Source: Thermoplasmata archaeon
GTDB taxonomy: Archaea > Thermoplasmatota > Thermoplasmata > Lutacidiplasmatales > UBA184
Assembly: GCA_036404475.1 (NCBI GenBank)
Contig: DASWZL010000004.1
Coordinates: forward strand, 8,655-72,654
Direction: 5' to 3'
DNA length: 64,000 nucleotides
The notes under the pieces were generated by a model that saw only the letters and a program-made list of their open reading frames with translations, had not been told where the DNA came from and made no database searches. The translations under genes and the position numbers were made by a program. Shown one piece after another: positions 55,214-63,829 of this stretch (within the stretch, counting starts at the first letter, position 1; every line of letters starts with the position of its first letter).

Positions 55214-55861
55214 TCAGCCTTTCGGGACCTTCTCCCAATCCTTGAGGAATCGGGCGAGCCCGAGGTCCGTGAGGGGATGCTGGACAAGCTTCTCCATCAC
55301 GGCGTACGGCATCGTCACGATGTCGGCCCCGATCTTCGCCGCCTCCAGCACGTGGACGGGGTGCCGGACGCTCGCGACCAGGACCTTCGTCGCGAACGAG
55401 TAGTTTCGGTAGATCTGGACGATGTCGCGGATCAGGTCCATCCCCAGCTCGCCCTGATCGTCGAGCCGGCCGATGAACGGGCTCACGTACGCCGCGCCGA
55501 CCTTCGCGGCGAGGAGCGCCTGGTTGGCGCTGAACACGAGGGTCATGTTGACGCGGGTGCCCTCCTTCGCGAGGACCTTCGTCGCCTTGAGCCCGGGGGC
55601 CGTCATGGGGACCTTGACGTAGATCGCGGGATGGATCTCGCGCAGGTGGCGGCCCTCGCGGAGCATCCCCTCGGTGTCGGTCGCGACGACCTCGGCGGAG
55701 ACGGAGGGCACCCCGAGGGCGCAGACCTCGCGGAGGAGCTCCTCGAACTTCCGACCCTCCTTCGCGACCAGGGTCGGGTTGGTCGTGACCCCGTCCAGGA
55801 TCCCGACCTCCCACATCGTCCGGATCTCGGTCACGCTCGCGGTATCGAGGAACAGCTGCAT
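55214..55861 (-). CDS. tal: Transaldolase / fructose-6-phosphate aldolase (short type)
   Basis: [21 protein letters not shown], and VKVPMT (Schiff-base Lys region). Confidence 0.9.
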   Translation of the reverse strand: MQLFLDTASVTEIRTMWEVGILDGVTTNPTLVAKEGRKFEELLREVCALGVPSVSAEVVATDTEGMLREGRHLREIHPAIYVKVPMTAPGLKATKVLAKEGTRVNMTLVFSANQALLAAKVGAAYVSPFIGRLDDQGELGMDLIRDIVQIYRNYSFATKVLVASVRHPVHVLEAAKIGADIVTMPYAVMEKLVQHPLTDLGLARFLKDWEKVPKG

Positions 55862-55886
55862 CGTCCTACCTCCCAACGCGCGCGGG

Positions 55887-56843
55887 CTACTGAACCTTGC
55901 CCCGGCCTCGCAGGAGCTCCCAGGCCTCGTTCCGGATCCGCTCCTTCGACATCCCGAACCGGTCCAGGAGCGCCCACGGCTCGCCGGATTCGCCGAACAC
56001 GTCCGGTACGCCGACGCGGCGGACGGGCACCGGATAGTTCTCCGAGGTGGTCGAGGCCACGAGCGCTCCGACCCCGGTGAGCACGCTGTGCTCCTCCAGG
56101 ACCAGGACCGCCCCGGTCTCCCGCGCCGCCCGTAGGAGCGCGGGCTCGTCGAACGGCTTCACGGACGCGAAGTCGAGCACGCGCGTCGACACGCCGACCT
56201 TCCCCAGCTCCTCGGCGACCTCGAGCGCGCGGGCGACGAGGGCGCCGACGGCGACGATCGTGAGGTCGCTCCCGCTCCTCAGCTCGGCGGCCTTCCCGAT
56301 CCGGAAGGAGCCGTCGGTCACCGTAGGGAGGTTCTCGCGCGTGAGGCGGACGTAGGCCGGGCCGTCCCGCTCGGCGACCGCGAACGTCGCGGCGCGGGTG
56401 GTCGGAGCGTCGGCGGGGACGATGACCGTCATGCCGGGGAGCCCCCGCATCAGCCCGATGTCCTCGACGATCTGGTGCGTTCCTCCGTCGGCACCGACCA
56501 GCAGGCCGCCGTGGGTCGCGACGATCTTCACGTTGGCGCGGTTGTAGCAGACCGATTGGCGGACGAAGTTGTACGCCTGACCGGCGGCGAAGACCGCAAA
56601 GGTGCTCGCGTACACGGTCCGACCCTGGAGCGCGAGCCCCGCGGCGATCGACATCATCGTCGGTTCCATCACCCCGACGTCAAAGAACCGTTCCGGGAAC
56701 CGCTGGCCGAAGAGGATGGTCCGGGTGGACCCGGAGAGGTCGGCGTCCATCACGACCAGGTTCGGGTCCTTCTCCCCGAGCTCGAGTAGGGCCTGGCCGT
56801 AGGCGTCCCGGAGGCTCTCCGCCTTGCCGATGACCGCGGTCAC
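55887..56843 (-). CDS. Transketolase, C-terminal (pyrimidine-binding) subunit
   Basis: [34 protein letters not shown] 56843 overlaps the N-terminal subunit stop (GTGA). Confidence 0.9.
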   Translation of the reverse strand: MTAVIGKAESLRDAYGQALLELGEKDPNLVVMDADLSGSTRTILFGQRFPERFFDVGVMEPTMMSIAAGLALQGRTVYASTFAVFAAGQAYNFVRQSVCYNRANVKIVATHGGLLVGADGGTHQIVEDIGLMRGLPGMTVIVPADAPTTRAATFAVAERDGPAYVRLTRENLPTVTDGSFRIGKAAELRSGSDLTIVAVGALVARALEVAEELGKVGVSTRVLDFASVKPFDEPALLRAARETGAVLVLEEHSVLTGVGALVASTTSENYPVPVRRVGVPDVFGESGEPWALLDRFGMSKERIRNEAWELLRGRGKVQ

Positions 56844-57691
56844 GTTCGCGCCTCGCCGGCGTGCTCGAGCTCCGCGAGCGCCCGCTCGGCCTCGGCCTTG
56901 TTGGGAGGCTTCCCGTGGTACTGGTGCTTCCCTTCCATGAAGGAGACGCCCTTCCCTTTCACCGTCCGCGCGACGATCGCCGTCGGGCCATCGGTCGTCC
57001 GGCGCGCCTCTGCGAGCGCGCCCAGGATCTGGGGGAAGTCGTGACCGTCGATCTCGATGGTGTGGTAGCGGAAGGCGCGAAACTTCTCCGCGATCGGCTC
57101 GATCCCCATGATCGACTCGGTCGAGCCGTCGGTCTCGAGCCCGTTGCGGTCGAGGATCACAACGAGGCTGGACAGCCGGTAGTGTCCGCCGGCCATCAGC
57201 GCCTCCCACGTCGGGCCGGCTTGGCATTCGCCGTCCCCAAGGATGGCGTACGTCCGGTACCCGGCCCCGCGGAGGCGGGCGTCCAGCGCCATGCCGACCG
57301 CCATCCCGATCCCTTGGCCGAGGCAACCGGTCGAGGCCTCGACGCACGGGAGCGTCGTACGGTCGACGTGCCCCTGGAGGCGGCTTCCGAGCTGGCGGAA
57401 CGAGGAGAGCTCCTCGCGCGGCAAGAACCCCCGGAGCGCCAGCGCCGCGTAGAGCGCCGGGGACGCGTGCCCCTTCGACAGGACGAGGCGGTCACGGTCC
57501 GGCCAGTCGACCCGCGCGGGGTCGAGCGTGAGCTCGTGGAAGATGAGCGCGGTGACGAGGTCGGTGACGGAGAGACTTCCGCCGGGGTGGCCGCTCTGGG
57601 CCGCGTAGGTCATCCGGATGACCTCTTTCCGGATCTCCCGGGCCGTCGACTCCAGCGAACGGACGAGTTCGACCGGGGTGTCTTCGGGCAT
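56840..57691 (-). CDS. Transketolase, N-terminal (thiamine diphosphate-binding) subunit
   Basis: AQSGHPGGSLS and ILGDGECQAGPTWEA. Confidence 0.9.
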   Translation of the reverse strand: MPEDTPVELVRSLESTAREIRKEVIRMTYAAQSGHPGGSLSVTDLVTALIFHELTLDPARVDWPDRDRLVLSKGHASPALYAALALRGFLPREELSSFRQLGSRLQGHVDRTTLPCVEASTGCLGQGIGMAVGMALDARLRGAGYRTYAILGDGECQAGPTWEALMAGGHYRLSSLVVILDRNGLETDGSTESIMGIEPIAEKFRAFRYHTIEIDGHDFPQILGALAEARRTTDGPTAIVARTVKGKGVSFMEGKHQYHGKPPNKAEAERALAELEHAGEART

Positions 57692-57716
57692 GTACGGCGC
57701 GCGGAGGTGGGGCGCG

Positions 57717-58634
57717 CTATTTGACTGTTGACCCGCGCGCGACGCCCCGCCGGGCCGTCGGGCGAATCCTCGGGGCCGCGGCCGAAGGTTCGGTGAGGGC
57801 GCGGAGCGTGCGGAGGTCCGCCGCATAGAGCGCGTACCCTCGGTCGTCGAGCGGGGTCTCGAGATAGCCGGGAGTCTCCTCCCAGCGTCGGTCGGTGACG
57901 AGGTGGCGGAACCCCTCCGCTCCGATCTCGCCCTTCCCGATATTCTCGTGCCGGTCGAGATGCGAGCCGAGCTCGGCCTTCGCGTCGTTGAGGTGGAACG
58001 CTCGGACGGCCTCGCGTCCGAGGATACGCTCGACCCGGTCCATCAGCTCCCCGTACCCGCGCTCGTCCCGAAAGTCGAACCCGGCCGCGAAGAGGTGGCA
58101 GGTATCGAGCGTCACGCCGAGCCGGTCCCGTCGGTCGACCTGGGCGAGGACCGAGGCGAGCTCCTCGAACTTCGACCCCAGGGTCGTTCCCTGCCCGGCC
58201 GCGTTCTCGAGCAGGAGGCGGACGCGGCTCTCGGGCACTTCTTCGAGGGCGAACCGCAGGCTCTCGGCGAGCGTCCGGAGGCCGGCGTCGACCCCGCTCT
58301 TGAGATGCGCCCCCGGATGGAAGATGAGCGCGTCCACGTCGAGCAGGTCCGCGCGGTGCAGTTCGTCCACGAACGCGGCGCGGGAGCGCTTCAACACGAA
58401 CGCCTTCGGGCTCCCGAGATTCGCCAGGTAGCCGTGGTGGACCGCGGTCGCCCGGAGGCCGTCCGAGCGCACTGCGGCGCGGAACGCTTCGGCGGCGGCC
58501 GGGGCGATCGGAGGGCCGCTCCACATCTGGGGGCTCTTCGAGAAGATCTGCAGGGACTCGCAGCCGATCCTCCGGCTCTCGTGGACGGCCTCGGCGAGCC
58601 CATCCGAGATCCCGAGGTGGGCCCCGAGCCGCAT
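57717..58634 (-). CDS. nfo: Endonuclease IV (AP endonuclease, TIM barrel)
   Basis: MRLGAHLGIS, FHPGAH, and AFHLNDAK. A TATA-like atagcttaat lies about 29 nt upstream. Confidence 0.85.
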   Translation of the reverse strand: MRLGAHLGISDGLAEAVHESRRIGCESLQIFSKSPQMWSGPPIAPAAAEAFRAAVRSDGLRATAVHHGYLANLGSPKAFVLKRSRAAFVDELHRADLLDVDALIFHPGAHLKSGVDAGLRTLAESLRFALEEVPESRVRLLLENAAGQGTTLGSKFEELASVLAQVDRRDRLGVTLDTCHLFAAGFDFRDERGYGELMDRVERILGREAVRAFHLNDAKAELGSHLDRHENIGKGEIGAEGFRHLVTDRRWEETPGYLETPLDDRGYALYAADLRTLRALTEPSAAAPRIRPTARRGVARGSTVK

Positions 58635-58693
58635 CTTCCCGGGGACGGGCGACCGGGGATTAAGCTATCCCGGGCGGGGCCGGAAAGGAAGGA

Positions 58694-58816
58694 GGCTGAC
58701 AGCTTTCCGCGTTTCCCGTAGGCTCGCGCACTTCAGTACTGCGCGGAACGCCAGTGGGCTTAACTTCCGGGTTCGGAATGGGACCGGGTGTTTCCCCACC
58801 GCTTTGGCCGTCAGCC
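58694..58816 (-). rRNA. 5S ribosomal RNA (stand-alone)
   Basis: The reverse complement reads GGCTGACGGCCAAAGCGGTGGGGAAACACCCGGTCCCATTCCGAACCCGGAAGTTAAGCCCACTGGCGTTCCGCGCAGTACTGAAGTGCGCGAGCCTACGGGAAACGCGGAAAGCTGTCAGCC. The terminal helix GGCTGAC/GTCAGCC and the conserved CCGAAC...GAAGTTAAGC are present. Confidence 0.9.
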
Positions 58817-58837
58817 AAGCGGTCCGACCGAAACCTC

Positions 58838-58847
58838 GTATTTAACG
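58838..58847 (-). promoter_or_regulatory. TATA box for the 5S rRNA gene
   Basis: Minus-strand cgttaaatac, centred about 27 nt upstream of the 5S 5' end. Confidence 0.55.
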
Positions 58848-59366
58848 TTGAGCGGGACGCTCGGGCGCGGCTCCCGATCGTCGGCGCTTCGGTGAGCGCC
58901 TCGGGGCTTGGGCGCTCGGTTCCGTGGCCCAGATGTACCACGTACCGCGCGCCTGACTGAGGCGGCGACCGTCCTCGCCGTACAGGTCCCCCTCGGCGAA
59001 CACGAAGTGGCGGCCGCGTCGCAGCACCTCCCCCCGGGCCGTGAGCGTGTCGCCCTCCCGGGCCGCGCGCAGGAACTCGACGTAGAGCGAGGTGGTCGCG
59101 GCGGTCTCGCCCGGCCGGAGCATCGAGATCACGGCCGCGCCCATCGCGGTGTCGAGGATTGTCGCGTAGACCCCGCCGTGCACGACCGAGTTGATGTTCA
59201 AATGACGCGACTCGACCCGGCCCGTGACCGTGCACGTCCCGCGGCCGCTGCGCGCGAGGTCGATCTTGAACCCCACTTCGTGGTGGAACCCGTGGCGCAC
59301 GGCGTGGAGGAGGTCCGGTAGCGGCGGCGTGGGGCGGGGCTCCGGGAGGTTCTTGGCGCGGGGCAC
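58842..59366 (-). CDS. PaaI/hotdog-fold thioesterase
   Basis: NINSVVHGGVYATILDTAMGAAV. The start is taken at GTG 59366, with an AT box about 28 nt upstream. There is an unusual basic tail of about 30 aa. Confidence 0.65.
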   Translation of the reverse strand: MPRAKNLPEPRPTPPLPDLLHAVRHGFHHEVGFKIDLARSGRGTCTVTGRVESRHLNINSVVHGGVYATILDTAMGAAVISMLRPGETAATTSLYVEFLRAAREGDTLTARGEVLRRGRHFVFAEGDLYGEDGRRLSQARGTWYIWATEPSAQAPRRSPKRRRSGAAPERPAQR

Positions 59367-59388
59367 GTCCGGGGCGAGCGGCCGTCGC

Positions 59389-59400
59389 GGATAAGTACTC
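59389..59400. promoter_or_regulatory. Shared AT-rich box between the divergent thioesterase and MVD-family genes
   Basis: ggataagtactc lies about 28 nt from GTG 59366 (minus strand) and about 31 nt from ATG 59426 (plus strand). Confidence 0.4.
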
Positions 59401-59425
59401 CGCGGAGCCGTGCCGACCCCACCCG

Positions 59426-60433
59426 ATGGCGCGGAGACCCCGGCGCGAAGCCACCTACGAGGCCCCGCCGAACATCGCGCTCGTGAAGTACTGGGGGGAC
59501 CGCGACCGCGAGCGAGCACTCCCGTACAACTCCTCGATCTCCGTGACCCTCGACCGGCTCCGGTCGCGTACGACCGTGCGCTTCGACCCGGACCTCTCGG
59601 ACGACCGGGTCGAGCTGAACGGAGAGGTCGCGACCGGCGGTCCTCGGGACGGAGTGGTCCTCTTCCTCGACCGGGTACGCGACCTAGCCCAGGTGACCGA
59701 CCGCGCGGAGGTCCGGTCGCGCAACAACTTTCCGACCGCGAGCGGGCTCGCCTCGAGCGCGAGCGGCTTTGCGGCCCTCGCGGGAGCGGCGACGGCCGCC
59801 CTCGGCCTCGGTCTTTCCGGTCGCGAGCTGTCGCGACTGGCCCGGTTCGGTTCCGGCAGCGCCTGCCGCTCGGTGTTCGGCGGGTTCGTGGAGTGGCGGG
59901 CCGGCGTTCGGCCCGACGGGCGCGATTGCGACACCCGGCCTCTCTACGGTCCGGACCACTGGCCGGCGCTCACGGACCTCGTGCTGATCGTCAAGGCCGC
60001 GCCGGTGAAGACGGTCCGCTCGGCGGACGCGATGCAGGCCACGGTCGCGACGAGCCCCACCTACGCACGCCGGCTCGCGGAGCTCCCGGGCCGGATCCGG
60101 GGGATCCGGGCCGCGATCGGGGCCCGGGACCCGCGCCGCCTCTTCCCACTCGTCATGGAGGAATGCGATAGCTTCCGCGAGGTCTGCGAGACGACCCGGC
60201 CGTCGCTCGACTACCTCACGACGACCTCGCGGGCCCTCCTCGCCGAGGTCCGCACGATCAACCGGGAGGCCGGACGTCCCGTCGCGGCGTACACCCACGA
60301 CGCCGGGGCCCACCTCCACATCTTCACCTTGGCCCGGGACGCCGCGAAGGTCCGCCGCCGCCTCTCCCGATTACCGGGAGTGGAACGGACGCTGCTGCTC
60401 CATCCGGGCCCCGGCGGACGGCTCGTCGGGTAG
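59426..60433 (+). CDS. Diphosphomevalonate decarboxylase-family (GHMP) enzyme; exact substrate unresolved
   Basis: PNIALVKYWG, the GHMP motif PTASGLASSASGFAAL, and AYTHDAGAH. Confidence 0.8.
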   Translation: MARRPRREATYEAPPNIALVKYWGDRDRERALPYNSSISVTLDRLRSRTTVRFDPDLSDDRVELNGEVATGGPRDGVVLFLDRVRDLAQVTDRAEVRSRNNFPTASGLASSASGFAALAGAATAALGLGLSGRELSRLARFGSGSACRSVFGGFVEWRAGVRPDGRDCDTRPLYGPDHWPALTDLVLIVKAAPVKTVRSADAMQATVATSPTYARRLAELPGRIRGIRAAIGARDPRRLFPLVMEECDSFREVCETTRPSLDYLTTTSRALLAEVRTINREAGRPVAAYTHDAGAHLHIFTLARDAAKVRRRLSRLPGVERTLLLHPGPGGRLVG

Positions 60434-60447
60434 ACGGGACCGGTCGG

Positions 60448-61158
60448 TCAGGCCCGACGGGCGACGCTCGGTCGACGCTCTTCGACACGACCGTCCGGGT
60501 ACCCGACGACGACGAGGCTCGCCAGACCCGCGAAAATGCCGGTCTCGACCACCCCGGTGTGGCGGCGGATCGCCTCGGCCGCCGCGGCCGGCTCGCGGAT
60601 CGGTTCCCGCGGGGAAAGGTCGAGGACCTCGTTCCCGTTGTCCGTGACGAACGGACGACCGTCGGGACCCACCCGAAGGCGCACGCGGTAGCCCTCGGCG
60701 GCGAGCTCCCGCTCGAGGATGGGGCGGCCGAACGGTACCACCTCGACGGGGATCGACGCCCGCTCCCCGAGAGCCCCGACGAGCTTGGAGGGGTCCACCA
60801 TGATCACCACCGAGCTCGACAGGTGCGCGAGGAGTTTCTCGCGGAAGAGCGCCCCCCCTCCGCCCTTCGTCATGTCGAGGGCCGGGGAGACCTCGTCCGC
60901 GCCGTCCAGCATGAGGTCGAACCGGTCGTCGCCGCGCAGGGGACGGACCGGGATCCGGAGCTCCCGGGCGAGCTCTTCGGTGGCGCGCGAGCTCGCGACG
61001 CAATCGAACTTCCCGTGGGAGAACCGCTCGGCGATCGCCCGGACCGCTTGCGCGGCCGTGGAACCCGTCCCGAGAGCGAGGCGGAGGCCCGGGCGCACGT
61101 GATGCTCGACCGCGTGGCGGGCGGCGACCCCCTTGGCCCGTTCGAGGTCCTCTGGCAC
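60448..61158 (-). CDS. rpiA: Ribose-5-phosphate isomerase A
   Basis: LALGTGSTA, LDGADEV, and KGGGGALFREK. GTG 61158 has an AT box about 26 nt upstream. Confidence 0.85.
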   Translation of the reverse strand: MPEDLERAKGVAARHAVEHHVRPGLRLALGTGSTAAQAVRAIAERFSHGKFDCVASSRATEELARELRIPVRPLRGDDRFDLMLDGADEVSPALDMTKGGGGALFREKLLAHLSSSVVIMVDPSKLVGALGERASIPVEVVPFGRPILERELAAEGYRVRLRVGPDGRPFVTDNGNEVLDLSPREPIREPAAAAEAIRRHTGVVETGIFAGLASLVVVGYPDGRVEERRPSVARRA

Positions 61159-61243
61159 GTTCCCCCGAACCCGCTCCCCCTTTTCAACCCGGCGCCGCCG
61201 CGGGCCCATGAGTCATAAACCCGAGGAGCCCTCCCGGGCCCGA

Positions 61244-61975
61244 ATGGCTCCCCCTCCCCCGTCCGACCGTACCCCCGTCGTCATCTCGATCGGAGGCTCC
61301 GTCCTCCTCACCGGGGACGGGGACCCGGAGTACTTCGAGCGGCTGGCCGACCTTCTCCGGCGGCTCGGGGCCGAGCGACCGCTCGTCGTCACGACCGGCG
61401 GGGGCCGGACCGCCCGAGAGTACATCCGCCTCGGGCGGACGCTCGGGCTCACCGAGGTCGAGCTGGATGAGGTGGGGATCGAGGTCACTCGGCTCCACGC
61501 TCGGCTCTTGGCCGCTCGCGTCGGCCCGCCGGCCCCCGCGCACCCCCCGACCACGGTCGCGTCCGTGGTCGAACAGCTCCGGACCGGTTCCCCCGTCATC
61601 CTGGGCGGGACCGAGCCGGGGCACACGACCGACGCCGTGGCGGCGCTCGTCGCGGTCCGGGTACGCGCCGCGCGCGTCGTGAACGCCACCGACGTCGACG
61701 GGGTCTACGACCGGAACCCGCGGACGAACCCCGATGCCCGTCGCATCGAGCGCCTGACCTGGCCGGAGTTCCGGGCGATGGTCCATGCGGGAACCTCGGG
61801 AGAGGCGGGGCAGAACTTCCTCTTCGACCGGCTCGGCGCCGACGCGCTCGCCCGGGCCGGCATCCCGCTCCTCATCGTTCCGGGCCGCGACCTTCCGAAC
61901 CTCGAGGACGCGATCGCGGGGCGACCGTGCCGGGGAAGCCGGATCGGGGAGACAGGACCTGAGAAAACCCCTTAG
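61244..61975 (+). CDS. pyrH: UMP kinase (archaeal type)
   Basis: PVVISIGGSVL and LVVTTGGG. The TATA-like cataaac is centred about 27 nt before ATG 61244. Confidence 0.85.
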   Translation: MAPPPPSDRTPVVISIGGSVLLTGDGDPEYFERLADLLRRLGAERPLVVTTGGGRTAREYIRLGRTLGLTEVELDEVGIEVTRLHARLLAARVGPPAPAHPPTTVASVVEQLRTGSPVILGGTEPGHTTDAVAALVAVRVRAARVVNATDVDGVYDRNPRTNPDARRIERLTWPEFRAMVHAGTSGEAGQNFLFDRLGADALARAGIPLLIVPGRDLPNLEDAIAGRPCRGSRIGETGPEKTP

Positions 61976-61999
61976 TAGCCGGGCGCGACTCGGGCGGGC

Positions 62000-62632
62000 A
62001 TGATGCACCGCATCGTCTTCCTGGGCCCGCCCGGCGCCGGTAAGGGAACCCAAGCCGCTCAGCTCGCCCGCGACCTCGGCGTCCCTCACCTCTCGACGGG
62101 GGACCTGCTCCGGGCCGCGGTGGCCGCTCGGACCCCCCTCGGCCTCGAGGCCGAGGGCCACATGAAGGCCGGACGCCTCGTGCCGGACGACCTCGTCCTC
62201 AAGATCCTCCACGAACGCCTCGAACAGCCCGACGCTCGGTCGGGCTACCTGCTCGACGGGTTCCCCCGCAACCTCGCGCAGGCCGAGGCGCTCGGTACGT
62301 TCGCCGAGGTCGACCGGGTGGTCGCGCTCGACGTCACTCCGGACCGCCTGGTGCGCCGCCTCTCGGACCGGAGGGTCTGCCCGAAGTGCCAATCGGTCTA
62401 CAACCTCTCGACGAAGCCTCCGACGACCCCGGAGAAGTGCGACCACGACGGGACCCCGCTCGTCCAGCGCCCGGACGACCGGCCCGAGGCCGTCACGATG
62501 CGTCTCAAGGTGTACGCCGAGCAGACCGCGCCCCTGCTCGAGTACTACCGGAAGCGCAAGCTCCTCCGGCCCGTCGACGCGAGCGGCACTCCGGACGAGG
62601 TGGTGGCCCGGGTGCGCCGGGTCTTGGCGTAG
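62000..62632 (+). CDS. adk: Adenylate kinase (long form with a Zn lid)
   Basis: FLGPPGAGKGTQA P-loop; lid CPKCQSVY...CDHDG. Confidence 0.95.
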   Translation: MMHRIVFLGPPGAGKGTQAAQLARDLGVPHLSTGDLLRAAVAARTPLGLEAEGHMKAGRLVPDDLVLKILHERLEQPDARSGYLLDGFPRNLAQAEALGTFAEVDRVVALDVTPDRLVRRLSDRRVCPKCQSVYNLSTKPPTTPEKCDHDGTPLVQRPDDRPEAVTMRLKVYAEQTAPLLEYYRKRKLLRPVDASGTPDEVVARVRRVLA

Positions 62633-62657
62633 ACGTTCCCGCCGACGTTCCTGACGT

Positions 62658-63185
62658 TCACTTCGGGACCCGCAGGATCTCTCCCCGGACCCACTCTCCT
62701 TGGTCAAGGAAGAGACGGACCCCTTCGAGGTACCCGGCCGGCGGACCCCAGGAGACGGCGTCCTGGGGGCGGGACGCCGCGGCCCCGAACTCGATGACGC
62801 CCCCGTGGGAGACCATGAGCAGTCGGCCCCCCTCCGGGAGCCGCTCGAGCTCCTCACGCATCAGCGTGGACTGTCGGAGGGCGTACTCCGCCATCGCCTC
62901 GCTCCGCTCCGTGACGCGAACGTAGTCCGCGAACGAGCGTGGGGTCCGCGGGTCGACGGCGAGCCCGACGTCGTCGGGCATCACTCCGAGGTCGGGGAGG
63001 ACCGCATCGAGCGGCAACCCGAGCGCCTGGGCGGTCTCGACGGCACGGGGCTTGGGGGACGCCACTACCCGGTCGAACCGACCGAGCGTCGGGGCAACGC
63101 GGCGGGCGAGCTCGACCCCGTCCCGACTGAGGTGCATGTCGGCCGGGTCTCGACGACTGTGGCGGCGATGCTCGACGACGCGCAT
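62658..63185 (-). CDS. Histidine phosphatase (phosphoglycerate mutase-like) family protein
   Basis: The N-terminal HRRHSRR fits the RHG catalytic motif, and the C-terminal part has LMVSHGG. Confidence 0.55.
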   Translation of the reverse strand: MRVVEHRRHSRRDPADMHLSRDGVELARRVAPTLGRFDRVVASPKPRAVETAQALGLPLDAVLPDLGVMPDDVGLAVDPRTPRSFADYVRVTERSEAMAEYALRQSTLMREELERLPEGGRLLMVSHGGVIEFGAAASRPQDAVSWGPPAGYLEGVRLFLDQGEWVRGEILRVPK

Positions 63186-63216
63186 GACGTGACGGCGCTC
63201 CGGTGAGCCGACGGAG

Positions 63217-63225
63217 AGTTTATAG
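63217..63225 (+). promoter_or_regulatory. TATA box for tRNA-Tyr
   Basis: gtttatagg is centred about 29 nt before the tRNA 5' end. Confidence 0.55.
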
Positions 63226-63249
63226 GTCGTCCGCCGCTCCTCGACTCGT

Positions 63250-63356
63250 CCCGGCTTAGCTCAGTGGTAGAGCGGGGGACTGTAGGTGAGACTGCCGGAA
63301 CTCCGGCGGCCCCCGTGGATATCCTCAGGTCGCCTGTTCGAGTCAGGCAGCCGGGA
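63250..63356 (+). tRNA. tRNA-Tyr (anticodon GTA) with a 35-nt intron at the canonical 37/38 position (63286-63320)
   Basis: Hand-folded. Acceptor CCCGGCT/AGCCGGG (C1-G72), D arm GCTC-AGTGGTA-GAGC, anticodon stem GGGGA/TCCTC, loop CTGTAG[intron]A, T arm GCCTG-TTCGAGT-CAGGC. Confidence 0.85.
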
Positions 63357-63472
63357 CCTGAGGAGGTGCCGGGACGGTGCGTCCCGGGGTCCCGGAGCCT
63401 CCCGAACCTCGAACGGTCGAAGCCGCTCTCGTGGGGTCGGGCATGGGGCGGGCCCGACCCGGGAGAGGAGAG

Positions 63473-63544
63473 TGCGGTTGTCGGGATTTGAACCCGAGTA
63501 GGTAGCTTGGGAAGCTACCGTCCTAACCGCTAGACCACAACCGC
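63473..63544 (-). tRNA. tRNA-Gly (anticodon CCC)
   Basis: The reverse complement reads GCGGTTGTGGTCTAGCGGTTAGGACGGTAGCTTCCCAAGCTACCTACTCGGGTTCAAATCCCGACAACCGCA. Acceptor GCGGTTG/CAACCGC; anticodon loop TTCCCAA. Confidence 0.9.
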
Positions 63545-63829
63545 GCGGCTTTTCCCGGAGGGTCGAGCCCTCATACGGTTTGTGCGAAGGGGGTCCGAGG
63601 AGAAGACCGACCGACTCGGGGAGGATCGTCGGCGGCGTCCCGAGGGAGGGGGGGTTTCGAGACGATACGCTCCACGGCCCGGCGAACGCCCCCGGCCCGG
63701 GGGAAGCGGGGGCGAAGAGGGCCGGTACCGCGACGGTTTCCCTCCGGCGTGCGCCGCGCACTTATTTATACACGAATCGGGCCTAATTCACGCTGCTCGG
63801 GGGTTGTGCTCCGGGCCGCGGTCCGTCTG

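Noticed and set aside
61184-62857. 557-aa minus-strand ORF opposite pyrH and adk
   Set aside because: pyrH and adk on the plus strand are unambiguous, so this is an antisense artefact.
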